From NCBI GenBank assembly GCA_021735045.1, contig JAIPHU010000009.1:13925-45924 (forward strand): a stretch of 32,000 nucleotides of DNA, read 5' to 3'. The position numbers and the translations under genes were made by a program. The notes under the pieces are model-generated. The model saw nothing but the letters and a program-made list of their open reading frames with translations. It was not told the origin of the DNA and searched no databases. Origin of the DNA: Candidatus Omnitrophota bacterium (GTDB taxonomy: Bacteria > Omnitrophota > Gorgyraeia > Duberdicusellales > 4484-171). Position 1 is the stretch's first letter; every line of letters begins with the position of its first letter. Shown in pieces: positions 17,209 to 24,065 of this stretch.

Positions 17209-17380
17209 ATTCCCTCCTGATAAACAGACATTGTTTAGGGTTTTCCCGGTTTCTTCTAATTTATACGATACTGATACCGGTCCCCGGATAAATTCCAGGT
17301 ATTTTTTAATAAATTTATTCTCTGTAATAGTAAATTTTTAGATAAAATATCTGAAAAACCCTTACAAATTAAGCAGTTTC

Positions 17381-17409
17381 AGATTATCATAAACAAAACT
17401 TTTAGTCAA
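17381..17409 (-). promoter_or_regulatory. Candidate promoter of the OmpA-like operon, followed by a ~165-nt leader
   Basis: Minus strand: TTGACT - 17 nt - TAATCT, with TG one base upstream of the -10 (extended -10-like). It lies just downstream of the 17433-17461 terminator. Confidence 0.45.
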
Positions 17410-17432
17410 GAGCTTTGATTGTACTATAATGC

Positions 17433-17461
17433 AAAAAGGGAGAGCTTCACTCTCCCTTTTT
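17433..17461 (-). terminator. Intrinsic terminator downstream of the CCCH mini-gene
   Basis: AAAAAGGGAGAG-cttca-CTCTCCCTTTTT. It has a 7-bp GC-rich stem plus flanking A and T runs, so a U-tract follows the stem on the minus strand. It lies 28 nt after the mini-gene stop. Confidence 0.8.
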
Positions 17462-17488
17462 GGTAAAAACAAAAGAAGTTATTGATAA

Positions 17489-17590
17489 TTATTTCTTATG
17501 AACAGCACAAAACTTCGATCTTCCAGATGCTTTATTTTTACATCTCTTGCCTGCCTTTGTCTTAGCAGCACATCTTTTTTGCTTTGCCAT
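17489..17590 (-). CDS. Unlisted 33-aa highly basic CCCH mini-protein
   Basis: Minus-strand ATG at 17588-17590 is preceded by SD GGGGGGTGA. Translation is MAKQKRCAAKTKAGKRCKNKASGRSKFCAVHKK with a TAA stop. It has its own sigma70-like promoter (17625-17653) and a strong intrinsic terminator (17433-17461). It is below the ORF-track size cut-off. Confidence 0.55.
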   Translation of the reverse strand: MAKQKRCAAKTKAGKRCKNKASGRSKFCAVHKK

Positions 17591-17624
17591 GTTTTCACCC
17601 CCCTAATATCTTATCAACGGAAAC

Positions 17625-17653
17625 ATTTTATCATATTATCTGTTTTAGTTCAA
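17625..17653 (-). promoter_or_regulatory. Sigma70-like promoter of the CCCH mini-gene
   Basis: Minus strand: TTGAAC - 17 nt - TAAAAT, about 35 nt upstream of the ATG. Confidence 0.5.
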
Positions 17654-17671
17654 ACCCCTTCATCTAATTTT

Positions 17672-17947
17672 TCACTTATATTTTTTATAACAATCTTCTC
17701 TTTCTTCTTCATAGACCCTAAGATGAATAATAGCAGTATCTTTATTTAGTCCACAACCTTCTTTAAGCCCTAATGCTTTGCAAGAATCATCCCATCTTTG
17801 AGTATGACTTTTTTCCACAGCTTGAAGACATTGATCTAACTTATTTGATTTTTGGAAAGGTTCTAAAACAAACTTATAAAATAAAGAAATACTAGCTAAA
17901 AAAATGGAGAGAGTTAATGCTATTTTTATAAACTTATTAGCCACCAA
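17672..17947 (-). CDS. Small N-terminally anchored Cys-containing protein, function unknown
   Basis: 91 aa from the ORF track with a TTG/GTG start region, a hydrophobic N-terminus (IKIALTLSIFLASISLFY) and 4 Cys in the soluble part. There is no clear SD. It starts 16 nt after the stop of the upstream membrane-protein gene. Confidence 0.45.
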   Translation of the reverse strand: MVANKFIKIALTLSIFLASISLFYKFVLEPFQKSNKLDQCLQAVEKSHTQRWDDSCKALGLKEGCGLNKDTAIIHLRVYEEEREDCYKKYK

Positions 17948-17963
17948 AAAATTATATCATTTT

Positions 17964-18563
17964 TCAACTAGTTTGTAAATTCGGTTCTCTTTGATCTTGA
18001 TCTGTTTGTTGTATATAAGCTGAGGCGATTAGCAAAACCGTAAAGGGTGAAACAAAAAGCCCCAATAGATAACCTAAAAATGGAACCATCTGTGCAAGCA
18101 TCATGATAATTCCGCTTAAGAAAGCAATGGCAAAGTTAGGCCAAAACCCCTTGCTTGATACGATATCCCAACTTCGCTTTATTGATTCTTTAGGAGACAA
18201 CCCTTTATCTGCGGCAAGATAAAAAACATATAATAACATTATCGAAAAAACAATCCCCGGAATAATCAATAAGATAGTCCCTCCTAATATTATTAATAAA
18301 TGAAGATAAAACAATCCGGTTAGCGGCCAAAATCTATTTACAAATTTGAATAAATCAGAGACCTCAACCTTTTGTTTATTTTTACGAAGCAACTCTATTA
18401 ATACAAAATTATACCCGGCCACTAAAGGCCCGGCAAAAATCCCTAAAGTTAAAAATATTAAAAGGCCCAAAATAAGATTTAAAACAACTAACATCTGCCA
18501 ATGCTGCTTATATACCTCTAAAGCATCTTTAAAACATCTTTCAATATCTAGATATCTTTTCAT
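17964..18563 (-). CDS. Polytopic membrane protein, function unknown (start trimmed relative to the ORF track)
   Basis: The track ORF is 17964..18623. I prefer the ATG at 18561-18563 (MKRYLDIERCF...) because SD AAAGGGGG lies 5 nt upstream and the predicted promoter (18583-18611) sits inside the longer version. About 4 hydrophobic helices. Confidence 0.7.
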   Translation of the reverse strand: MKRYLDIERCFKDALEVYKQHWQMLVVLNLILGLLIFLTLGIFAGPLVAGYNFVLIELLRKNKQKVEVSDLFKFVNRFWPLTGLFYLHLLIILGGTILLIIPGIVFSIMLLYVFYLAADKGLSPKESIKRSWDIVSSKGFWPNFAIAFLSGIIMMLAQMVPFLGYLLGLFVSPFTVLLIASAYIQQTDQDQREPNLQTS

Positions 18564-18582
18564 TTTTACCCCCTTTCTTTCA

Positions 18583-18611
18583 ATTATACCACTTGCTTTG
18601 GGTTGAGGCAA
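18583..18611 (-). promoter_or_regulatory. Sigma70-like promoter for the membrane-protein gene (repeat copy A)
   Basis: Minus strand: TTGCCT - 17 nt - TATAAT. The SD and ATG (18563) lie about 20 nt downstream. Confidence 0.6.
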
Positions 18612-18637
18612 AAAAATTCCCACCGCGTAGATGAGAA
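18610..18637 (-). terminator. Terminator hairpin of repeat copy A (downstream of hepT)
   Basis: Minus strand: TTCTCATC-tacgc-GGTGGGAA followed by TTTTTTT. Both differences from copy B turn C-G pairs into U-G wobbles, which pair only in the minus-strand RNA. Confidence 0.6.
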
Positions 18638-18700
18638 TTAGGTAAAAGTAAAGTCAGAGCATTCTAGGGAATTTATAAAAATAGCCCAGAAAGGAAAAAT

Positions 18701-19039
18701 CTAATCTTCCATCAGGTTTTCTATTTCTTTTTTTAATTGAGGCAGGTTGTCTTGAAGAGCATCCCATATAATTTTAGAATCTAGGACATCATATCCGTGA
18801 ATGATAATGTTTCTAAAACCAATAATCCTTCGGGCGTCAGCAATATTATCTAGTATATCTTCATCAATCTTTTTAATTCGGCTAAGCGCTTCGCCAATGA
18901 TTTCTAGTTTGCGTTCAACTGCTGATTGAAGAAGGGTACCATTGGTAAAATCCTGAAAGCTTTTATTTTCTATAAAACTTTCGATTTCTTCTATGGCCTG
19001 CTTTATATCAAAAAGGTATTTTTTAACTTTATCCTGCAT
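18701..19039 (-). CDS. hepT: HepT-like HEPN-domain (DUF86) toxin of a type VII TA pair
   Basis: 112 aa. The Rx4H motif is in GFRNIIIHGYD. It overlaps the upstream nucleotidyltransferase gene by 11 nt. Confidence 0.85.
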   Translation of the reverse strand: MQDKVKKYLFDIKQAIEEIESFIENKSFQDFTNGTLLQSAVERKLEIIGEALSRIKKIDEDILDNIADARRIIGFRNIIIHGYDVLDSKIIWDALQDNLPQLKKEIENLMED

Positions 19040-19331
19040 ATACTGTTTTCCTTGTAGAATTAATAGTTTGTTTTAGGTAAGGGTTTTTAATCGAATGCTC
19101 TACAACAATATCAACTGACCTTTGGAAAAGGTTTTCTAACTCCTCTTTTAAAGCAAAGTAGGCATTAAATAAATTCTTATTTCTTTGTATATCAAATTCA
19201 ACCAATATATCAATATCACTTTTTGGACTAAATTCGTCAGTTGTAGCTGATCCAAACAAAGCTAGCTTTTTAATATGCAATTTATTGCATATTTCTTTGA
19301 TTTTATTTTCGTAATTTTTTATATTCAGCAT
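19029..19331 (-). CDS. mntA: MntA-like minimal nucleotidyltransferase antitoxin
   Basis: 100 aa. The GS...DxD nucleotidyltransferase motif is in LFGSATTDEFSPKSDIDILVEF. SD GGTGA is upstream. Confidence 0.85.
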   Translation of the reverse strand: MLNIKNYENKIKEICNKLHIKKLALFGSATTDEFSPKSDIDILVEFDIQRNKNLFNAYFALKEELENLFQRSVDIVVEHSIKNPYLKQTINSTRKTVYAG

Positions 19332-19456
19332 AATTTATCACCATTTACTTTATCAAATTATATCATATAGAGACAAAAATATCATTATTTTTCCATTTAT
19401 TCTTTCCCAAATAACTGGTACTATTTAACTGCTGTATTTTCTGAAATTTCTTCTTG

Positions 19457-19485
19457 ATTATACCATCTGCTTTGGGTTGGGGCAA
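19457..19485 (-). promoter_or_regulatory. Sigma70-like promoter upstream of mntA-hepT (repeat copy B)
   Basis: Minus strand: TTGCCC - 17 nt - TATAAT. A second, extended -10-like element (TGATATAAT) lies about 35 nt upstream of the mntA ATG. Confidence 0.55.
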
Positions 19486-19510
19486 AAAATTCCCACCGCG
19501 TAGGTGGGAA
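19484..19510 (-). terminator. Terminator hairpin of repeat copy B (upstream of the TA cassette)
   Basis: Minus strand: TTCCCACC-tacgc-GGTGGGAA followed by TTTTTT. The T-run overlaps the -35 box of the promoter that follows. Confidence 0.7.
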
Positions 19511-19523
19511 TTGGTTAATAGAA

Positions 19524-19555
19524 AATCCCAACCTACAAATATGTAAGCTGGGATT
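19524..19555 (-). other. Strand-specific 14-bp RNA hairpin between the tRNA terminator and repeat copy B
   Basis: Minus strand: AATCCCAGCTTACA-tatt-TGTAGGTTGGGATT pairs 14/14 if two G-U wobbles are allowed. On the plus strand the same positions are A-C mismatches. Confidence 0.55.
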
Positions 19556-19600
19556 GTAAATTAGGTCCTTCGATTCGGCCTTACGGCCTCACTCAGGGTT

Positions 19601-19640
19601 AAAAAAATAAACCTGAGGCAATCTCAGGCTTTATTTTTTT
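19601..19640 (-). terminator. Intrinsic terminator directly downstream of tRNA-fMet
   Basis: Minus strand: AAAAAAATAAAGCCTGAG-attgc-CTCAGGTTTATTTTTTT. It has a CCTGAG/CTCAGG stem extended by A/T pairing, followed by a long T-run. Confidence 0.8.
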
Positions 19641-19642
19641 AA

Positions 19643-19716
<74 letters not shown>

Positions 19717-19740
19717 ATAATTCGACCTTTAATCCTGTTT

Positions 19741-19855
19741 AATTACAAATAACAAATATCAAATTTCAAATTAATTTCAAATGTCAAACAACAAATCATT
19801 TTGATATTTGGATTTTGTCATTCATTTGGCATTTGAATTTTGTCATTTGGGAATT
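19741..19855. repeat. CAAAT/ATTTG-rich long imperfect hairpin element (copy 2)
   Basis: aattacaaataacaaatatcaaatttcaaattaatttcaaatgtcaaacaacaaatc / gatatttggattttgtcattcatttggcatttgaattttgtcatttgggaatt. It shares aattaatttcaaat, atttggattttgtcatt and the terminal aattacaaat with copy 1. Confidence 0.75.
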
Positions 19856-19884
19856 ACCTAAGCTTTAACCCGTATTGTACAATT

Positions 19885-20181
19885 TTATTCTTCTATGTCA
19901 ACCACTATCTCATCCTCTCGGGCAACACCTAGTTTTTCCCGAGCTATTTTTTCATAGATAAACGAGTCTTCTTTTAATTTTTTATTCTTAATCTGATAAT
20001 TAACAATCTCTTTTTTTAAACTATCGATTTTTCCAATTAGCTTCTGGTTTTCTTTTCTTAATTTTTTTAACTTAGAATAATCAGGAAAATAAACTATCAT
20101 TGCCAAAATGAAAATTACTACTCCCAGCAATAATAGTTTTATAAATTTAGCGCGCTTTGTACTTAAAAGTTTTTCCGCCAT
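19885..20181 (-). CDS. ftsB: Septum formation initiator family protein (FtsB/DivIC-like)
   Basis: 98 aa with one TM helix followed by a leucine-zipper-like coiled coil and the C-terminal EKIAREKLG motif. It lies directly downstream of eno, a common arrangement. Confidence 0.7.
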   Translation of the reverse strand: MAEKLLSTKRAKFIKLLLLGVVIFILAMIVYFPDYSKLKKLRKENQKLIGKIDSLKKEIVNYQIKNKKLKEDSFIYEKIAREKLGVAREDEIVVDIEE

Positions 20182-21421
20182 ATACAGCTTTCTTGCCTAA
20201 CTCCTCTTCTATTCTTAAAAGTTCATTGTATTTAGCAACTCTATCGGTTCGCGACAAAGAACCCGTTTTAATCTGGCCTGCTGATGTTCCTACCGCCAAA
20301 TGAGATATAGTAGTATCTTCAGTTTCACCTGACCGGTGCGATATCACAGCAGTATAACCAGCCGCATGGGCCATATCAATCGCCTCTATAGTTTCAGTTA
20401 AAGTTCCAATTTGATTAACTTTGATTAAAATTGAATTAGCAATATTTTGGTCAATACCCTTTTTAAGCCTTTCGGTGTTGGTGACAAATAGATCATCTCC
20501 TACGAGTTGTATTTTTTTTCCTAACTTTCTAGTAAGTTTAAGCCAACCCGGCCAATCTTCTTCATATAGCCCATCTTCTAAAGATACAATAGGATATTTA
20601 TTACAAATCTTTGCATAAAAATTAGCCATATAATCTATACCTCTTTTTTTACCTTCAAACAGATATTGGCCATTTTTATAAAATGAACTAGCTGCTGAAT
20701 CAAGGGCTAGATAAACTTGCCGTCCCGGAATATATCCAGCTTCATCTATTGCTTTTAAGATTAATTTTAGAGCTTGTTCATTACTTTTTAGTTTAGGGGC
20801 AAATCCACCTTCATCCCCTACAGAAGTAGAAAGTTTCTTTGATTTTAATATTTTTTTTAATTTCTGAAATATTTCACAAGCTGCTTGTAAAGATCTCTTA
20901 AAAGAACTAAAGCCAGCTGGAGCAATCATAAATTCTTGAATATCTAAATTATTATCTGCATGCATCCCTCCATTTACAATATTCATTAACGGCAAAGGCA
21001 AAATTTTTGCTTTTGTTTTACCCAAATATTTATAAAAAGGCTTACCTTCTGATTTAGCTGCAGCCTTAGCTACAGCTAAAGATACACCTAAAATTGCATT
21101 AGCTCCTAATTTTTCTTTATTTGGAGTACCATCTAGGTCAAGAAGAAGCTTATCAATTTTTTTATAGTCAGGAGCCTTACCCTTAATCTTTGGTGCTATC
21201 TTTTTATTAACATTTCTAACTGCTGTCTGGACACCTTTACCAAAAAATCTTTTGCTTTTTTTATCCCTTAGCTCTAAAGCTTCAAACTCACCAGTAGAAG
21301 CCCCAGAAGGAACAGCAGCTCTAGACAAAGTTCCTTGGTTTAACAAAACATCTACTTCTACAGTAGGATTTCCTCGTGAATCAATAACTTCTCTTGCTTT
21401 AACAGATTTAATTTTTTTCAT
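20147..21421 (-). CDS. eno: Enolase (phosphopyruvate hydratase)
   Basis: 424 aa. Full-length enolase similarity including [12 protein letters not shown] and [16 protein letters not shown]. Confidence 0.97.
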   Translation of the reverse strand: MKKIKSVKAREVIDSRGNPTVEVDVLLNQGTLSRAAVPSGASTGEFEALELRDKKSKRFFGKGVQTAVRNVNKKIAPKIKGKAPDYKKIDKLLLDLDGTPNKEKLGANAILGVSLAVAKAAAKSEGKPFYKYLGKTKAKILPLPLMNIVNGGMHADNNLDIQEFMIAPAGFSSFKRSLQAACEIFQKLKKILKSKKLSTSVGDEGGFAPKLKSNEQALKLILKAIDEAGYIPGRQVYLALDSAASSFYKNGQYLFEGKKRGIDYMANFYAKICNKYPIVSLEDGLYEEDWPGWLKLTRKLGKKIQLVGDDLFVTNTERLKKGIDQNIANSILIKVNQIGTLTETIEAIDMAHAAGYTAVISHRSGETEDTTISHLAVGTSAGQIKTGSLSRTDRVAKYNELLRIEEELGKKAVYGGKTFKYKAR

Positions 21422-21956
21422 CTTTTTCTCCTTTTTTGTTTTTTTGACGTTGATAAAATCCTGATAATTTTGTTTCAGCGATAATATGGCCCTGGATTAA
21501 ATCTATGAGTTCAGACTTTGTTGCTCCCCCTCTAGCTGTAATATTTTTATCTAAAGCATATAATTTAAATGAGTATTTATGCGCTGAGCCAGAAGGTGGA
21601 CATGGCCCATTATATCCTATTTTACCGAAATCATTCTTACCCTGTCTGATACCTAGGGAGTTGAATTTTTCACCGCTAATATTTTCTTCTATACCTTCTA
21701 GGTCAGAGGGTATATTATAAACAACCCAATGGACCCAAATACCAGCCGGTGCATCGGGATCATCAACAATCAAGGCAAGACTTTTAGTACCTCTAGGTAA
21801 ATCATCCCAAGTTAAAGACGGTGAATAGTTTTTACCCTCACAAGTATAGCGGCCTGGAATATAACCGCCATTTTTAAAAACATCACTTTCTAAGTTCAAA
21901 GCAAATAAATTAATGGAACAAAAAACTAATAATATCAATATTGTTAAAAAACGCAA
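21408..21956 (-). CDS. YbhB/YbcL (PEBP / Raf-kinase-inhibitor-like) family protein with signal peptide
   Basis: 182 aa. DDPDAP...[10 protein letters not shown]...[23 protein letters not shown] is the bacterial PEBP signature, with an N-terminal hydrophobic signal. Confidence 0.85.
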   Translation of the reverse strand: MRFLTILILLVFCSINLFALNLESDVFKNGGYIPGRYTCEGKNYSPSLTWDDLPRGTKSLALIVDDPDAPAGIWVHWVVYNIPSDLEGIEENISGEKFNSLGIRQGKNDFGKIGYNGPCPPSGSAHKYSFKLYALDKNITARGGATKSELIDLIQGHIIAETKLSGFYQRQKNKKGEKDEKN

Positions 21957-21965
21957 AATCCCCTC

Positions 21966-23132
21966 CTAAATATCTAAGTCTGATATTTTTTTCTTAAAAA
22001 TATTTTTTAACTTACTTTTGTCAACAGTAAGAGCAAAACGGATAAAACCTTCACCGTATTTACCAAAACCTACCCCAGGGGTAGCAACTATTTTTTCTTC
22101 TTCTATTAAGTATCTGCTAAACTCTAGAGAAGATTTAAATGGAGCTGGTAATTTTGCCCAAACATAAAAAGTAGAATTAGCATAAAATTTTTTAAATCCT
22201 GCCTTTTTTAAAGCTTCCAGTAGATATTTTCTCCTCTGGTTAAATATTTTTCTTAAATTCGTTACATAAGCTGCATTTTTATCTAAAGCCGTGATAGCTG
22301 CATCTTGAACCGCGCCGAAAATACCTGAATCAACGTTCGATTTTACTTTTGCTAAAATATTTACTGCATCAGGATTACCACAAACCCAGCCAATACGAAA
22401 ACCAGTCATACAAAATGTTTTAGAAAGTGAATGAAACTCTAAGGCTACTTTCTTAGCATCTTTTATCTGCAATATACTTAAAGGTTTTTTGTCATAATAA
22501 ATTTCAGAATAAGCATTATCCCAGACAAGCAAAATTTTATTTTTTAGGCAAAACTTTACCACTTTTTTCATAAAAGACCTTGGTGCAGAAACAGTTGTGG
22601 GATTGTTTGGATAGTTAAGATAGATAATTTTTGCCCTTTTCTTTACCGACTCTGGTATTTTTTCTAAGTCAGGCAAAAAGTTATTCTTTTCTAAAAGCGG
22701 CAACTGATAAACTCTAGCTCCGGATAAAACTCCTGCTGCTCTATAACCAGGATACCCCGGAGAAGGTGTGATAATATAATCTCCTGTATTGATTAAGCCT
22801 ACCGGAAGATGGGCTAGGGCTTCTTTAGTTCCTAAAACTGGTAAGATTTGCGATTCTTCATCTAGGTTAACTTTAAACCTTTTTTTCATCCACTTTTTTA
22901 TACTTTTACGTAGTTGAGATTTGCCTTTATTAGAGGCATATTTTTGGTTACTTTTAATTTTAGCGGATTTAGATAAAACTTTTACTACATTCTCAGGTGC
23001 AGGTATATCTGGATCTCCTACACTAAGGTCTAAAAATTTTACCCCCTTTTTTCGCAAAAGTGACTTTTTATCATCAATTGCTGCAAATAGATAAGGAGGT
23101 AATTTCTTTAAATTTTTCGAAAAATCAAACAT
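21966..23132 (-). CDS. dapL: Class I/II PLP aminotransferase, probably LL-diaminopimelate aminotransferase by context
   Basis: 388 aa. LPPYLFAAIDDKK, LSVGDPDIPAP, NYPNNPT and the PLP lysine motif SLSKTFCMTGFRIGW. It sits directly after dapF-dapA-dapB, and no dapD/dapC/dapE is visible. The substrate assignment is an inference. Confidence 0.65.
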   Translation of the reverse strand: MFDFSKNLKKLPPYLFAAIDDKKSLLRKKGVKFLDLSVGDPDIPAPENVVKVLSKSAKIKSNQKYASNKGKSQLRKSIKKWMKKRFKVNLDEESQILPVLGTKEALAHLPVGLINTGDYIITPSPGYPGYRAAGVLSGARVYQLPLLEKNNFLPDLEKIPESVKKRAKIIYLNYPNNPTTVSAPRSFMKKVVKFCLKNKILLVWDNAYSEIYYDKKPLSILQIKDAKKVALEFHSLSKTFCMTGFRIGWVCGNPDAVNILAKVKSNVDSGIFGAVQDAAITALDKNAAYVTNLRKIFNQRRKYLLEALKKAGFKKFYANSTFYVWAKLPAPFKSSLEFSRYLIEEEKIVATPGVGFGKYGEGFIRFALTVDKSKLKNIFKKKISDLDI

Positions 23133-23180
23133 ATATTCTCCTTTTTAAATAATAATATATTGGACACGTCAATTAATACC

Positions 23181-23212
23181 ATGTAGGGGCACGGCATGCC
23201 GTGCCCCTACAT
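23181..23212. repeat. REP-like perfect 32-bp GC-rich palindrome
   Basis: ATGTAGGGGCACGGCA|TGCCGTGCCCCTACAT is exactly self-complementary. It lies 3 nt after the dapB stop. Confidence 0.85.
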
Positions 23213-23214
23213 AT

Positions 23215-23931
23215 TTAATCAAATAAAATATCTTCCATAGAATACAACCCAGCAGGTTTTTGTTTAATCCACTTAGCTGCAATTATGGCACCTTGGGCAA
23301 AGATATCTCTGGTTTTAGCATGATGAATAATCTCAAAAGAATCAAGTTCACTTTCAAAGGTAACTTGATGGTCACCAATTATCTCGCCTTCTCTCTTTGA
23401 CTCAATTTGATTGTAATCTAGATTAAAGCCAAACTTGTTTATAATTTCGGCTAATTTTTTAGCAGTACCGGAAGGGGCATCTTTTTTATGGATATGATGA
23501 GCTTCCTTTATGCTAACTTGATATTCCCTCAAAACAGAAGCAGCTGTTTTTAATATTTTAAAAAAAAGATTTACCCCAATACTCATATTCGGCGAATAAA
23601 CCACGGGTATATCTTTTGAAACGGATTCGATTTCTGCTTCTTGTTCTTTATCTAAATTAGTTGTTCCGATAACAATACTTTTCTTAGCTTCTTTTGTTTT
23701 TTCTAATGTAGCAATAGTTCCAGCCGGTGCACTAAAATCAATAACACTATCACATTGCTCAAGCAAAGTATAATCAGAAGATACCTTAATCCCGTCTATT
23801 TCTTTACCTAACTCCGGGTGGCCTTCTTGCTCAAAGCCAACAATCATCTTAATTTCATCATCTTTTTCTGCTAAACGAAGAATTCGCTGGCCCATTTTGC
23901 CGCAAATACCATTTATCGCTAAATTAACCAT
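23215..23931 (-). CDS. dapB: 4-hydroxy-tetrahydrodipicolinate reductase
   Basis: 238 aa. N-terminal GICGKMGQ dinucleotide fold and EAHHIHKKDAPSGTA signature. SD GGTGGAGG is upstream. Confidence 0.9.
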   Translation of the reverse strand: MVNLAINGICGKMGQRILRLAEKDDEIKMIVGFEQEGHPELGKEIDGIKVSSDYTLLEQCDSVIDFSAPAGTIATLEKTKEAKKSIVIGTTNLDKEQEAEIESVSKDIPVVYSPNMSIGVNLFFKILKTAASVLREYQVSIKEAHHIHKKDAPSGTAKKLAEIINKFGFNLDYNQIESKREGEIIGDHQVTFESELDSFEIIHHAKTRDIFAQGAIIAAKWIKQKPAGLYSMEDILFD

Positions 23932-24065
23932 AGATCCTCCACCTTTTAATCAATCACCATCTCCAAATTTACTAATCTATATGAATTTACGAATTAGTAT
24001 AAATTTATTCGTATATTTGTAAAAGATTCGTATATTCGTTGATTATTTCTACTTACCAACCACAA

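Larger units (their letters stand above)
18583..18643. repeat. Direct repeat copy A (terminator+promoter module)
   Basis: ATTATACCACTTGCTTTGGGTTGAGGCAAAAAAATTCCCACCGCGTAGATGAGAATTAGGT. By-eye alignment to 19457-19516 gives about 52 of 60 identical positions with 1 indel. Confidence 0.85.
19457..19516. repeat. Direct repeat copy B (terminator+promoter module)
   Basis: ATTATACCATCTGCTTTGGGTTGGGGCAAAAAATTCCCACCGCGTAGGTGGGAATTGGTT. Confidence 0.85.

Noticed and set aside
18564-18623. The 20-aa N-terminal extension of the membrane protein as listed in the track (start at 18623).
   Set aside because: The extension would begin within repeat copy A and run across the predicted promoter. The internal ATG at 18563 has a strong SD (AAAGGGGG) at ideal spacing.
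17209-19642. Duplication of the tRNA 3' end as an attL/attR signature of an integrated island.
   Set aside because: I found no second copy of the tRNA 3' half (GGTTCAAATCCTGTCCCCGCA) in the islet or its borders. No integrase gene is present. The only flanking repeats are the terminator+promoter modules.
23981-24000. An ARG box (ArgR operator) in tatgaatttacgaattag.
   Set aside because: It contains a TGAAT half-site, but the partner is GAATT rather than the required ATTCA. The 18-bp palindrome is therefore not formed.
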